This document shows, piece by piece, positions 28,024-40,778 of a DNA stretch of 64,000 nucleotides (the first letter of the stretch is position 1; each line of letters opens with the position of its first letter). The stretch is from positions 4,218,001-4,282,000 of the forward strand of contig CM119378.1 in the NCBI GenBank assembly GCA_051294905.1, in the 5' to 3' direction. The DNA comes from Botryllus schlosseri (lineage: Eukaryota). A program made the translations under genes and the position numbers. The notes under the pieces were generated by a model. That model was given only the letters and a program-made list of their open reading frames with translations. It searched no databases and was not told the DNA's origin.

Positions 28024-28208
28024 CACGCGATTGTAATGAGCGATGGAGCGCTCACGCAATGTATTTAGTCACCAGATTTCTTTCTCACGCGATCACCTAC
28101 TTTCTGAAGCGCTTTCGCGTCCAAATTTTCCGTAATTGGCGTTTTCAGCGATTTCGGTTTATGGCAAATTGATGTTTAAAATATATGTTTCGATACGTGG
28201 GCACGCGA
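28024..28208 (-). promoter_or_regulatory. Distal XRE cluster (4 co-oriented TNGCGTG in 185 bp)
   Basis: CACGCGA 28024-30, CACGCAA 28053-59, CACGCGA 28086-92, CACGCGA 28202-08. Confidence 0.55.
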
Positions 28209-31200
28209 AGGCTTTCTTTGGCCCTTATAGAGAACCGCTGCATAGCAGTACACCCACAAGATATACGACTGTCGACTGGCTTCCGGAATCTCATTGAGAT
28301 ACTACAAGAGATGAATAACGAAACGTACGGTGTGTATGCCTATGTATACCTTTCAATGTTTATTTAACTTGCTGGCGTAACAGGTACAATAAGTAGAGTC
28401 ATATGATCAAGGCTATGGTTGGTACTACTAAATGATGACGGGAATGCGAATGTATTGAGTTTTTGTATCGCATGATTCAATGTTCGGGGTATGGCAGGCA
28501 AACCATCATACAAATCACTCATCGGTCATACGATTTCATTCAATAGCGAGTAGGATATCTGCTCAATGAGGTGTGAACATTCCAAGTCGCTCTATCTACT
28601 TAGCGAACGACACTGCACAACAATATCGCATTTGTAGCGACGCGCGATTTTGCTATCTGCACAGTGCACACCTACTGAGAAAAGCCACTCCAAGTTATGT
28701 GAAAGTGGCATTATCACATGCCAGATCTCTGAGATCTGTATAATGTAACCCTGTGCCATTTAGCGAAAATACTCAAACTTTGCCGGGCGACGAAATCCCT
28801 ACTAACCATCGATTTCAAAACCCGTTCTCGACATATATGTAGATTTGGTAAGGAGCAATGAAATATACTAAAGTACTTCGATATCAATATATTTTGACGT
28901 CCAGAAATCACACCCTAAACTACTCGGCGGCAACGGCTGCAATTCCTACGAATTTGTACGCTCGTGAAACGAGAGCAGGTGGCAAAGGTAATGAATTTTT
29001 TGCACTGGATGCTTGATCTCGAAACTCTCCTTCACATAGCTTACAAAACTCACCACAATAGAACACATTCCAAATATCCGGCGTAACCTAAATATGCGAC
29101 ACCATAGTCAGCAAGAAGGTTATGCGGTTCTCGCCGCAATTCATAGTAGCTTGCCGTTGCTTAATGCGATTATATTTACACTGTATGATTTTCCTAGCGC
29201 TTTACACATACGACAAGACTCTTTATTGATGTTCTGTTGCGAAATCAAGCCTGCACTCCACCAGACAAGTAGCCCTCGAACTTCCCTTAGCCGTTCCTTG
29301 AGACGATAATAAAATCGCGTGCGACTGCGAGCGCCGAGCGAAATTCCGGCGTGCCTTTTTCGCTAAGTAGCATTTCCTTTACTTCGCAAGACTGTATGAT
29401 GCGACCACTCCGTTATGATTGAGATACTTTCTTGCGTCAGTTAAATTTTCGATAACTTCTGCGTATTATCTGACATGCTTGCTTGGAATGTCATACGTTT
29501 TAAACAGGCGTTGTAGTTCGCGCACTCTCGCGATGTATTTTTGTCACTCAGTTCAATTTTTACCGACATTAGTCATAAAAGGCGTAAATATTGAGATTTA
29601 TGTGCGTTGTTGTTAAATATCAGTCAACGCTACTCAGAAAAAAAATGAGATTCAAAGCTATGGGTTGGCTGTGTCACGAATATTGAACTGTATGTGAGCG
29701 TTGGACTGACCATTACATTTTTAAAGAATATAGATTTATTCGCTATGAATGGACAATGTTAACAGTACCCAAGCATAACGGAATACGTGATTCCAAAATA
29801 GAATGCCCACATGCACCCTCGACAAAAACCTAGTATATTCGTGCGATTACCGATCAAAATTAATTAGTGCTTCCTAGAAAATTATCAAATGTCATCGATC
29901 AAGTTGCAATTTCACATATCTAAAATTTTAATCGCTCAGCAGTCCAATAATTACGTTTCCTGTGTACCTCTGGAAACTTAATATTGAATCTGCGGTGTAA
30001 GTAAAATAGTACAGTTACGAATTCCCCTTCATAAATATTCTACGATTGGTAAAACATCCTGTTTCAAAATAATGAAAAAAGACATTTGAATCCTTCTTTT
30101 AGGCATATATGACATGTTGACATATGCGTGAAGTCCGAGGTGAATTAGTACACTATACACATTCTACAATAGCGCTCTTCAGCCGATATGCACGGTGCAT
30201 TACAGACTTGGACAACTAGAAAATTTTCAGCTTTTCCTAATTAGATTAGAATTAGGATTAGAGCTACACGTTTTTTTCCAAATTAGATTAGAATTAGAAT
30301 TAGAGCTACACAGTTTTTTCGAATTAAATTAGAATTACTGACTTCGCAAAAACTTGGAAATTAAATGAAATTATGAATGAGAAATAAATACAGCAGAAAG
30401 TTTAGTTCATATCAAATCACAGTGTGTTCCCATAACCATGAGAATGGTTAGCGTCTGTAGTCTGCACGAAGCTTGGCTCGTTTTGCACTATACCAAGAGT
30501 CATCAACACGCGGCCAGCGATTTCATATTTTTCAGTCGGCGATCTGATTTTTTATTTTGTAAGAACGCGAAATAAAGCATTTCGAAATGCAGAAATTGAT
30601 TTCAGTCTCAAATTATTGTTGGATTTCCCTGCAATAACGGTATGTTCTTGTTAACTCGTTGCCAAATGTCGCGGGCATATAGGCATTTTCAGGAAAACAA
30701 TAAATTAGATTATAATTAAAAGTAGATCATAGGAGCATTTCACAAATTAGATTAGAATTAGAATTAGAATTGGGGCATAAGAACAATTCAGAAATTAGAA
30801 TAGAATTAAAATTAGAGCATAGAAACACTTCTCAAATTAGATTAGAATTGGATTACTGGCATTTTACTCTAATTTAGTGAACATTCTAGGGTGCAACAAA
30901 ATATTTACTGGGGGCACCAGTACGGAAGGGTATACAAGGGTGCATCTTAAATTTGTCACACTAAACAGAGGTTCTTAAACCCGGGTCTGTTATTCCAATC
31001 AAAGTGACTATGGATCATTCTTAGCTGGGGTGCTGCCCGTAAGAATGAACATTAGCCACTGCAAATTCCACAATGTTGAGTTCTCCGTATCATTTTTGTG
31101 ATGATGTGTATGCAGGCAATTTCGACACGTATTATCGCATAGATTTTTGTTATTGCAGTAACATTCAGTCATTTTATCTCAAGCGAATTCGCACTCCAAC

Positions 31201-31624
31201 ATTGCCATCAATTATATATATTTTATAAATATTAAATACATATGTTCATACCACGAGTGACCACTGACCAAGGCACAAGGGTGCAAGAGTTTGGAAAAAC
31301 AACTTTTGGGTTCATCAAACCAAAAAAGGTTGACGAACACTGCTCTACACCCCTCCTCCCGTATGTACCCCGTAAAGGCACATTTGTATGAAAGTCACAA
31401 CGCAAACTGCCCCGCTTCCGATGATATCGCAGTGGAACGAAAACGATACTGTAGAGTGTGAAATGGATAAATGAGCATTGAGCAGCCTTTTGGAAACCTG
31501 ATTTAAAATAAAGTACGATTTTTGGCCAGTATCGGACCCGTAAACTTACCACTCCAAGATACCCGCGGATTCCAGAGCGAACACCATACATGGCGTTCCA
31601 GCGTCGGGTGAAGGCAGGCACATT

Positions 31625-32200
31625 TTAAATCAATTCAATTTATTGCTGAAAATTATTTCATCATTTCAATACACCTCAAGACCGCGATACAATGAACGAT
31701 AGGAAGGTGTCGAAACGACTTGGAGCATTCTTCGAAATCAGACACCCGCCTAGCCTAGGCGATGTAAAAAAAAGGAGGTATGCACATTGAATGAAAAGTA
31801 AAAGAAGGAAATTTAAAAGGACAGCACGTGACGAAAAGGTGGCATGTGTTGGAAGGCGAGATCGATATGTCAGGTCGTTGTCCGGTAAACTAAACAGCTA
31901 ACTAGTAGATATTTATTCAGTAAAAATTGTTTGTATTTCGACTCGAATGTGGACATGCTCGATGACTTTCGGATAGCCGGCGAGATATTGTTCCGCGAAT
32001 CAAGTCCGGCATATTTGATAGAGCGATAATCTTTTTTGTCTATGTAACGTATGCAAATTGGACGACGTGTGGAGTGTGGACACGCGTGTGTCGTAGGCTT
32101 ACTTATGCACTTTAGATACCGAGGCAAAGAAGTTATTGAAGTTATCGGGGCAGTGGCCGCAGTGAACATTTTGATAGGATTTCCGCGATTTATATACATT
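31625..32200 (-). mobile_element. CR1/L2-type LINE 3' end, family A (ORF2 C-terminus and 3' UTR)
   Basis: Peptide HSTRR..SIKYAG..NNISPAIRKSSSMSTFESKYKQFLLNKY is typical of CR1-group ORF2 C-termini. The 3' UTR motif GGTGTCTGATTTC..AGTCGTTTCGACACCTTCCTATC recurs at 34893-36235 (split by a MITE), 50320-50445 and 58186-58272, and related UTR pieces occur at 500-590 and 2120-2160. Confidence 0.7.
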
Positions 32201-32241
32201 ATACATGGATAAGTCTACACAGCATTGTGCATGCTTCTCAT

Positions 32242-32247
<6 letters not shown>

Positions 32248-32282
<35 letters not shown>

Positions 32283-32925
32283 TTTATTTTAATCCAACCA
32301 AAATATATAGAAAGCAGACAGCAATCATGATGGTACAGAAAATATAATACATGCACAGCATTCGGTGTCAGATAGAAATTATCGATACGATCGTGAAGGT
32401 CAACTCGTCTGATCACACCACCATCAAACAGGCAGGCCTACACTTGACTCTATAGTCTATACAGTCTGGCTGTAATATGTTAGTTTAGAAAGGAAAATAA
32501 AGAAGAAAAGGTAAACGCCGGTAGCAAGTGCTGATCAATGTTATTACAACGACAAGAATAACAACGACAAAAATATTCGGGTTCATTTCAATATGAATAT
32601 ACTATTTAATTGTATATTGAAGTTCTGTACCTCCAAGAAGCTCTACAACGACAAGAGGTGATTAAGTAGGTATTTTTTGAATCTATTATAAGACAAATCA
32701 CGGTTATCTTGTGGTAATTCATTCCAGACGATAGGTCCTGAGTTATCGATAGATCTATTAGTTAATTTGCTATTGGGTGGGTGCAAGTAGATATTCACCT
32801 TTCATGAGGATCTCGTGTAATGGGAGTGGACAGTTTTAGCAGGTATGAAAAAGTCATCCATCACACGAGGGAGACTATTGGAAAATTATTTGTGGATTTA
32901 ATCTAGTACAACAAGATAGGAATGA
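32248..32925 (-). mobile_element. CR1/L2-type LINE 3' end, family B, with (CT)n tail
   Basis: Degenerate peptide NSLPRVMDDFF..VHSHYTRS..RSIDNSGPIVWNELP..FKKYLLN, followed by a UTR with AGACGAGTTGACCTT and AATAAAGAC(TC)n. A second UTR copy lies at 34230-34439 (+). Confidence 0.7.
32571..32644 (+). mobile_element. 74-bp extremely 5'-truncated copy of the same PLE (end of hammerhead, pLTR end and tail)
   Basis: Matches the reverse complement of 56371-56444 and is flanked by the direct repeat ACAACGACAA (32561-70, 32645-54). Confidence 0.85.
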
Positions 32926-34933
32926 GTCAAAATAACTTGGAATGAGGGATGCATTTAAAACAAATGGTTGTTTAAAACACTTTGATAAAAATCTTTTTAA
33001 ACAGTGCTTTAAACAAATGCCCTTTAAAAAAATTATGTTTTTTCAAGTTGGATAATTATGCCGTAATTGTGTAAATACTTTCCAAAAACATGTTGTATGA
33101 ACCTACGGACGAAAACAGTCTTAATTCGTTCACATGGACTGTCAATAGCTGCAGACTGAGCTATGCGGAAGGTGCAGAGAACTTGATTCGTATTGATGCA
33201 TCTCAGGAGGTATCAATTTCCGACAGGATAAGCATTCTTTAGCATCGTGGGATGCAAATTATAGTAATAATAAAAAAACTGCGATACTAACCCTTTGTTT
33301 ACTAGAAGACCCGTTTTAGAGAATATCATGGCATGGCGCCCTACCCCATATTAAAAGGCCCCAAGTTTAGGCGAAGAGCAATACGGAGAAGTTGTATCGG
33401 ATACGGTTTTAACACTTAGCGCGATTAGTATACGTTAATAACAAATATTGCGGATCGTAAAATTTATATTTAGTGTAGCTACATTTTCGGAAAATAGAAG
33501 CATTACTACAATTGCTTTTATGCTTCAACATGTATGTTCTGCAGACAAAAAAACTGAAAGTAACTAGAACTCAAAGTATGATACTCGGAATTGAAAGTGA
33601 AATACAAATTCCACTTTTAAAAAGCGGAAAATATATTTCATGTCTTTTGTCCATAAAGCTTCAAAGGTGATCTGCTAAAACAGGCGTAACGTTGAAAAAG
33701 GCCGGATTTTCCAGATTAGCAGGACACGTCATGGGCTGCTAGATTACGATATGATAGGTTATTGCTAGATTGCGAAACGGCAGTTTCAAACGTTATGGTG
33801 GGCCATATTTACTGTGATGAAATATTTGATATGGGCGACAATGCGGTGTGAACGGAACCAAGCAATCTGGTACCTAAATTATATTCACTGATACTTTCGT
33901 GAAAACCTATTTGTCACTCCACAAGTATTGTGCGCGAAGCGCAACAAAATTTATGGGCTTTACTTGACTTTTATGAATATTATATGTTGGTACCCCGTAA
34001 AAACAGCCCCGAAATTCCTCAGGCTATCTTTCGTAATGGGTTATTAAACTACTTCTACTTGACAAACTGAAAATAGCGAAAAGTAAGTAAGTAGATCACA
34101 AAATATTACCAAGTAGAAGTAGAAGTAGAGAAAATCAGATCTACTTGAGTAAGTACCAGAAGTAGAGGAAAACTACTTGAGTACTTCCAAAAAGTAGAAG
34201 TTCTTCGTTACTGACCACCTCTGGAGACAAGTGGACCTGTTTGCTGCGGGTGCGGTTAGACTAGTTGACCTCCAAGGTAGCATTGAACATTGCTATCTGA
34301 TACCGAATACTGTACGGTGTACGTGTACGTGTAGCCTACGTACATGCGTATTTTCTGTAACGTCATTATTGCTGTCTGTTTATTATGTATTTCGGTTGGA
34401 TGAAAATAAAGACTCTCTCTCTCTCTCTCTCTCTCTCTCGTGCTAATGATGTGGTAGTTGTAGAAGAGATTTGTTGGTCGCACACCGAGAACCTGATGTA
34501 GGCTATATACTGATGGAATTAGATTTAACATCCGGTCTGACCGTCGTAGATTTTGTAATTAAATAAGAGATATTAGGGCCTTATCGCTGCAAAAATATTC
34601 ATTGAAATAATTCGAGATGTTCTTAGGGTCTGACAGTTATAGTCACGGGTATTCGATTTCACGATTTGCAAAACCTAAGTTTCGCCTGGTGCAAGAGAGA
34701 GGTAATTCTTGACGAAGTTATGCGAATATCCATTCTATATGTTTGTTGAAGACGCTCTCTTTCAAACTACAATAAGCCTGTGTGGCTCCGTCTGCATAGG
34801 CCGGCATTACAATGCAGTTATGTTGTAGAGCACTGTGGGCTTCGTTCGTTCGTTCTTGCGTGTATTTGGAATTTTTATCGGTTCAAAACACCACAAGATT
34901 GCGATAGAGGAAGGTGTCGAAACGACTGTAGTC

Positions 34934-36199
34934 CAGTGTTGGGATCAAGTCACTACCTTCGAGACACGAGTCATTTCGAGTCATTGCACATTTTGACTCG
35001 AGTCAAATCAAGTCAATCGATTATTGAAGGTGACTCGAGCCAAGTCAAGTCACTCGATTTTTGGAGGTGACTCTAGTCAAGTCGAGTCAAGTCAAGTCAA
35101 GTCAAGTCAAGTCACGATCGAGTCAAGTCACAATTCAAGTCAAGTTGCCTTTTCGAAGTATGAGGCATGATTACGTCATTGCATTTTGCTAGCTGTCTGA
35201 AAATTCAGATTGAGTGGTCATTGATTCTGAATCAAGGAACAACGAATATAGAGTTAAATATACACGCAAGAAGCCGCTGTATCGCTCACATATACGTAGA
35301 ACTGCTAAACTAAATGTAATTGCATCGCTATAGTTACTATAGTTACCAGCCGAAATAATGAATAGAGATATTAATTGATAAGATGCAATACATTAGGCCT
35401 ACCCATTTACTTATTGATGTGATACAATGGGAGACCCTGCGCTAATGGTTGAGGACTATATAAACTATATTCGAATTCAATTCCAATAAAATAAGAGGAT
35501 TGGGTTAAGGTAAGAACAGACAACAGAAATATACATTTTGCTATTAAATTACTTTACTATACTAGTTTACGACGACGTAAGGTGTAAGCTTCGATCATCA
35601 TCATCATCATTGGTTTATTAGCAATTTTATCAGTTCAATACACCACCTTTATCACCTCGTTTGCGGTTGATTTATTTGTGAGAAAACAATGGAGGCTCAG
35701 TAAAACACACGATCATTGAATAATTGGTCGCTCTCACAGGTTGTGAGGTTACACCAGCATTTCGCGAACAATCCGAACATAGACAGATACAGTGATTTTT
35801 ATCGACACCGATTACTTGATGACTTGAAATTGACTCGTGAATTTTGCGCCGAGTCACGAGTCAATCCACATTTTTTATACGCCGAGTCAAGTCAAGTCAA
35901 GTCATTTTAGCAAAGTGACTCGAGTCAAGTCAAGTCATACGAAAAAGGTGACTCGAGTATGACTCGAGTATGATGATGATAGACAGATACAGTGATTTTT
36001 ATCGACACCGATTACTTGATGACTTGAAATTGACTCGTGAATTTTGCGCCGAGTCACGAGTCAATCCACATTTTTTATACGCCGAGTCAAGTCAAGTCAA
36101 GTCATTTTAGCAAAGTGACTCGAGTCAAGTCAAGTCATACGAAAAAGGTGACTCGAGTATGACTCGAGTCCAGTCATGACTCGAGATATCCCAACACTG
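34934..36199. mobile_element. hAT MITE with GACTCGAGTC/CAAGT subterminal repeats
   Basis: TIRs CAGTGTTGGGAT / ATCCCAACACTG with perfect TSD CTGTAGTC, inserted into a LINE family A UTR. Related GACTCGAGTC elements lie at about 38154-38417, 48607-49090 and 58660-59260. Confidence 0.88.
35779..36169. repeat. Local tandem duplication of ~190 bp inside a MITE
   Basis: 35779-35969 is repeated at 35979-36169 with no visible differences; the junction filler is ATGATGATG. Confidence 0.9.
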
Positions 36200-39100
36200 C
36201 TGTAGTCTTTTCAATCGGACACCCACCTTGGCCTAGAAAATGAAAATGTGAGGAATGCAGCTGAATGAAAAGTAATACACGATAACATAAAAGAGACAAT
36301 CGATAAAAATGAGGTAGCATGTGTCGGTAGTCGAGGTCGATATGTCAATCGTGGTCCGATAATCTCCAGCGCTGAAGGCAAACAGGTAAGCTACAAACTG
36401 AGCGAGAGAATACAGAAATAAGACATAGAATGGACATTGGACAAGCGATATATTCCAGATTTTCAAAAGTTGACAGTGGTGGTCGTGACATTGTAGTCCA
36501 CTACCCCGATGGACGATTAAATTTCTCAATGAATGAAGGAAGAAAGACGTGATTAATATTTCGAAGCGTTTTTCGATGACTCTCTGCAAAGCTCTTGAGT
36601 TTATGTATTTGAAAGAATCCCGACCGCTACTGGGTAGTAGAGAGCGTTATTAGCTTTCTAATCACATTCGGCTGATGAGGTAACAAGTTGATCAGCTTGG
36701 TGGAAAGGAAAGTGTTGTAAATGGTGAGTGCCAGAGTGCGGGACTCGGGGTATGGCAGGAGCAGCTTTGCTAGTGGGTTCATGACCTTATTGAACATTCA
36801 GTGTTTAAATACTTATTTGAGGTCTGTGTGCAAAATCCGGTGCAATCGCTGTTCCACCAAGTCAGTAAAACACTACCAAAAAGTGGACGCGCTGGCCGCT
36901 GTGCTGTGTCGTGGATGATGCAGTCTCTCCTGAAAAGTTTCTATGCTCTATATGCCTATTGCTAGAGTTGTCAGTGCTTTTTCAATACAGAGGTGTTCCC
37001 ATAACCAGGATATCGATTTAACCAGCGTGTACCTTGATTTAACGGTGCTCCCCATGACCTTCGTTAGAAGCTCATCAGAGCTAGAGTTGAGCCAGATTAA
37101 AATTGGTGGCGCGACACGATCAACTTCGTGTTTAAATACTCTGTTATTCTATATGCAAGAAACCCTTGTGTCACACACAACTTATTGTCGGAAATAACCA
37201 CTGTTTCCATTTCCAGTCCAGTGTGGGGGCCGAGAGGCTACCCATGCAGTTGGGTGTCATAATTAGTTACTAATGTGTTGTTGTCTCTGCTTTGCTCTTA
37301 CCTCTATGCTTTGATATTATATAACTTTTATGTGGCATGTGTAATTATATGTAGAAGCCCCGTTCAAGGGTGCATGATTTCTAAGGTGAGGTGAAAGAAC
37401 GTGTGTCATTGTCTCGGCTTTGCTCCAAGCCCTAGTCACACCTCCTTTACCCCATAGTTTGAATAGCAAGTCCTCTCTCACCAGCGTGGAAAGCATATTT
37501 ATAGCTCCTGACCCTAACCAGGACGATCACTGGTCATGGCAAAAACTTCTTGGTACTGTTTCAATATACTTACCGCATTAAGAAGTGTTTCCCATGACCA
37601 CTAAATCAATACTAGCCAACTCAGCAAGACTCTCATCCCTCATGATCCACGATCGATGTGCATCGCTAACCCAAGCTATAGGGTTAAGAAGGTCACCGTT
37701 TATGTGTGTACCGCTATGGGTCGGGGTCTCTGCTTTGCTCTAGACCCAGTATGGAATCGGTGTCCACGGCACGCAGGATCACGCCGACTGGGTCGCCAGT
37801 TGCACGCGGTCACGGGTCGTTGATTTTAATTAAAACAAAAGAAATTTTTTTTTTTTTAAAAAGTCAATGTTCTCAGTCACCCCTAATGCTATATTCCAGT
37901 TATTATGTGGTATATAATGTTTTGACCTAAACTTTAAGCCAGGATCTGTTGGTTACTGTCAGTTGGCAAAGTACTTGCACCTTGCCAGTTGCTAACCATT
38001 AGCATCTGATCTCTTGTCACTGGCTTAGCACAGTCATTTGAAATCGGTAACCCTGCTTGTCACGCCGCAAAGTTGGCTCTGTCACGCGAAAAAAGCTCCT
38101 ATCACGCAGGATTTATTTCAAAAAAAGGACGGAGATTCCATAGCGGCTCTAGACCAGGGTTGTAGCCAAGTCACAAGGCCCCGAGTCACAAGTCAATCTC
38201 ACTTTTATAGTTTTGACTCGAGTCAAGTCGAGTCATTTTCAATTCGCCACCGAGTCAAGTCCAAGTCATCGAGCAGAGGTTCGAGTCATGGCATAATGAC
38301 CCGAGTCCAAGTCATTGTGTTGACTGCTCAGTTTCCAGTTGAAGTCTCGTTAAACCCACTGATATATCTCTGTTTGGTCATGACTCGAGTCATTACAACC
38401 CTGACGCCTACACTCTGTAATATCATAATATAATTTGCATGTGGCATGCTAACGTTCATGACTGCATGATTTTCAAGGTGGGGTTTTAGGAACATTGTCA
38501 GGGTCTCCGCCTCGCTCTTCCCCGTTACCCAGGCTACGTAATAATCGAATTTGCATGTGGTATGCTAAGTATGCACGACCCTGTTTGAGGATGCAAAATT
38601 ACCAAGGTATGGAGTGAAGAGGTGTCTAGGGGCAGGGCAGTAGCAAAGCGGCACCCCCACACACTTCCTTCAACCCCATCATTCATCGGAGTCGAACGAA
38701 ATATCCCTGCTCAACCCAAGGTTTCCATCTTATCACACTATTGTTGAATTGTTAAAAATACTAATAAAACATACCGAACCCCCAAACCTGCCGTCATCAG
38801 ATTAACATTGATCGAGGGTCTTAGGCTGGGTTGCCATATCAGATATCATCGTTATTTTTAAGAATTGTCCTTATATTCGGCTCAGAGGTCGAGATTTTGT
38901 CTGGACGACAATGATGACCATGGTGACCGATGATGACATTTAGGTCTGGGCGAAGGTATCATCAGTCAAGCTTTATCAGTTAACAAGTTTTCCGGTCAAA
39001 CATATTCGGATTTTTGGCTGTCCTCAATCTTTGACCCATGTAGATAGTAACCCTGGAGGGGAAGTGATGAATGCATTGTGAGTATATTGAAAACGTGCCA

Positions 39101-39263
39101 AATTACGATGAGAAGAAAAGGGCAGTTGTGCTTTCCTGTAATATTTGCTCGTTTCCATTTAGAATATATTTTAGTGTAGTCGTACTGGACCATCTACCAG
39201 TTACCGAACCATATCCTTGAATACTTTGATACGGACGCATTACAAGATCTATAAGTGGCCAAA

Positions 39264-40778
39264 ATGGAGTCTGATCCATTGATCCGTCGTAGGTCTTCAG
39301 CGGCTCCCGTCAGAGTCAAGATGATGAACATCAAAGACCCGAGAAGCTTCAGCCACAAGATTGTCGTGATCATATTGATGTGCTTCTTAAGCTTCGGAAG
39401 TTACTTTTGCTACGACAATCTGGCCGCGTTGCATTCTCAATTCATCCGCGACTTGGACATTAACGAAAGCACTTTCATGTCGCTGTACTCGTGGTACTCG
39501 TGGCCGAATGTGATTTTGTGTTTCTTCGGAGGGTTTCTGCTGGATCGCGTCTTCGGCATACGTCTTGGAAGCCTCATCTTCAGTGCGCTTGTAGTAGTGG
39601 GGCAAGTCATTTTTGCGGCTGGTGCCTACACTCATAAGGTCTGGCTTATGGATGTGGGTAGGTTTGTGTTCGGAATCGGTGGCGAGTCTCTGGCGGTAGC
39701 GCAAAACACGTACGCCGTTTTGTGGTTCAAAGAAAAAGAACTCAATATCGTATTTGGATTGCAATTGAGTATGGCACGGGTCGGAAGCACCGTGAATATG
39801 AACGTAATGGAGCCTCTCTATAACTGGATCGACGGTCAAGTCAGTGATCATACCAAAACGTTAGGCATCAGTCTCTTTGTGGCTGCGTTTACCTGCATAT
39901 TTTCTATGATTTGCGCTATCGTTTTGGCGTATCTGGACAGGCGTGCTGAAAAAATGATGAATCGCAAACCGGTAGTGACCGAGGAGCCTGTGAAATTGAC
40001 TGATGTCAAAGATTTCTCGATTCAACTCTGGCTGGTTTTCTTTATATGCGTCGGATATTATGCGGCTGTTTTCCCATTTATCGGTCTGGGAAAGTTGTTT
40101 TTTCGTGAAAAATTCGGTTTCAGCCCGTCTGCCGCTGGTGCCGTGAATAGCATCGTGTATATTATGTCGGCGCCGTGCTCTCCTATATTGGGAATCTTTA
40201 TAACAGTCCTTGGCTATCACTTGTACTGGATACTGGCCGCCGTCGTACTGACTTTGGGCTGTCACGGATTGCTTGCTTTTACATTTGCAAATCCTTGGAT
40301 TGCTATGACTGTAATGGGATTTTCGTACTCTATTTTGGCTTGTGCTTTATGGCCTTTGGTGGCTTACTTAGTTCCAGAACACCAACTCGCGACTGCTTAC
40401 GGATTTATGCAATCGATCCAGAACCTGGGCTTAGCGTTAGTGTCTTTACTTGCCGGCAGTATTCTCGATTCTAAAGGATATTTTATGCTTGAAATATTTT
40501 TCTGCATGTGCCTGAGCTTCGCCTTGATCGCGACTTTGTTGTTGTACATTATCGATTTCATACGTCAGAGCGATTTGAACCTATCGGCGAAACAGAGAGA
40601 TGTAAAGAGCGAACAGCAAAAATTGCTGGAAGATATCGCGAGCACGTCGGTGGTACAGCCCAGAGTGAGAACGATGACGGCGTTTGGCTTGAGGAATAGA
40701 TATTACTCTAGAATCGGTGCTATCATCCCGGAACACCTCGTTGCTAACACGAGTTTATCTCCCACCCTTTCTGAATGA
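39264..40778 (+). CDS. MFSD1: Major facilitator superfamily domain-containing protein 1 (lysosomal transporter), single coding exon, 504 aa
   Basis: ORF from ATG 39264 has about 12 hydrophobic helices and MFSD1-typical motifs: CFLSFGSYFCYDN, YSWYSWPNVILCFFGGFLLDRVFGIRLG, GRFVFGIGGESLAVAQNTYAV, VPEHQLATAYGFMQSIQNLGLA. An N-terminal ESDPLI is a dileucine-like lysosomal signal. Confidence 0.93.
   Translation: MESDPLIRRRSSAAPVRVKMMNIKDPRSFSHKIVVIILMCFLSFGSYFCYDNLAALHSQFIRDLDINESTFMSLYSWYSWPNVILCFFGGFLLDRVFGIRLGSLIFSALVVVGQVIFAAGAYTHKVWLMDVGRFVFGIGGESLAVAQNTYAVLWFKEKELNIVFGLQLSMARVGSTVNMNVMEPLYNWIDGQVSDHTKTLGISLFVAAFTCIFSMICAIVLAYLDRRAEKMMNRKPVVTEEPVKLTDVKDFSIQLWLVFFICVGYYAAVFPFIGLGKLFFREKFGFSPSAAGAVNSIVYIMSAPCSPILGIFITVLGYHLYWILAAVVLTLGCHGLLAFTFANPWIAMTVMGFSYSILACALWPLVAYLVPEHQLATAYGFMQSIQNLGLALVSLLAGSILDSKGYFMLEIFFCMCLSFALIATLLLYIIDFIRQSDLNLSAKQRDVKSEQQKLLEDIASTSVVQPRVRTMTAFGLRNRYYSRIGAIIPEHLVANTSLSPTLSE

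Noticed and set aside
34960..35150. Regularly repeated GACTCGAGTC/CAAGT units suggestive of a CRISPR-like array
   Set aside because: Subterminal repeats of a TSD-flanked MITE in a eukaryotic genome; no unique spacers and no cas genes.
37040..37085. CTGATGAG..CGAAG on the minus strand resembling a hammerhead core
   Set aside because: GAAG instead of GAAA, and no stem III or cleavage triplet.
38900..38960. ATGATGA motifs suggesting a C/D box snoRNA upstream of MFSD1
   Set aside because: No matching terminal D box with a closing stem was found.
39387..40265. Antisense ORFs over MFSD1 (likewise 43246-43617, 53875-54399, 55389-55877, 22750-23322)
   Set aside because: Shadow frames of real coding sequence.
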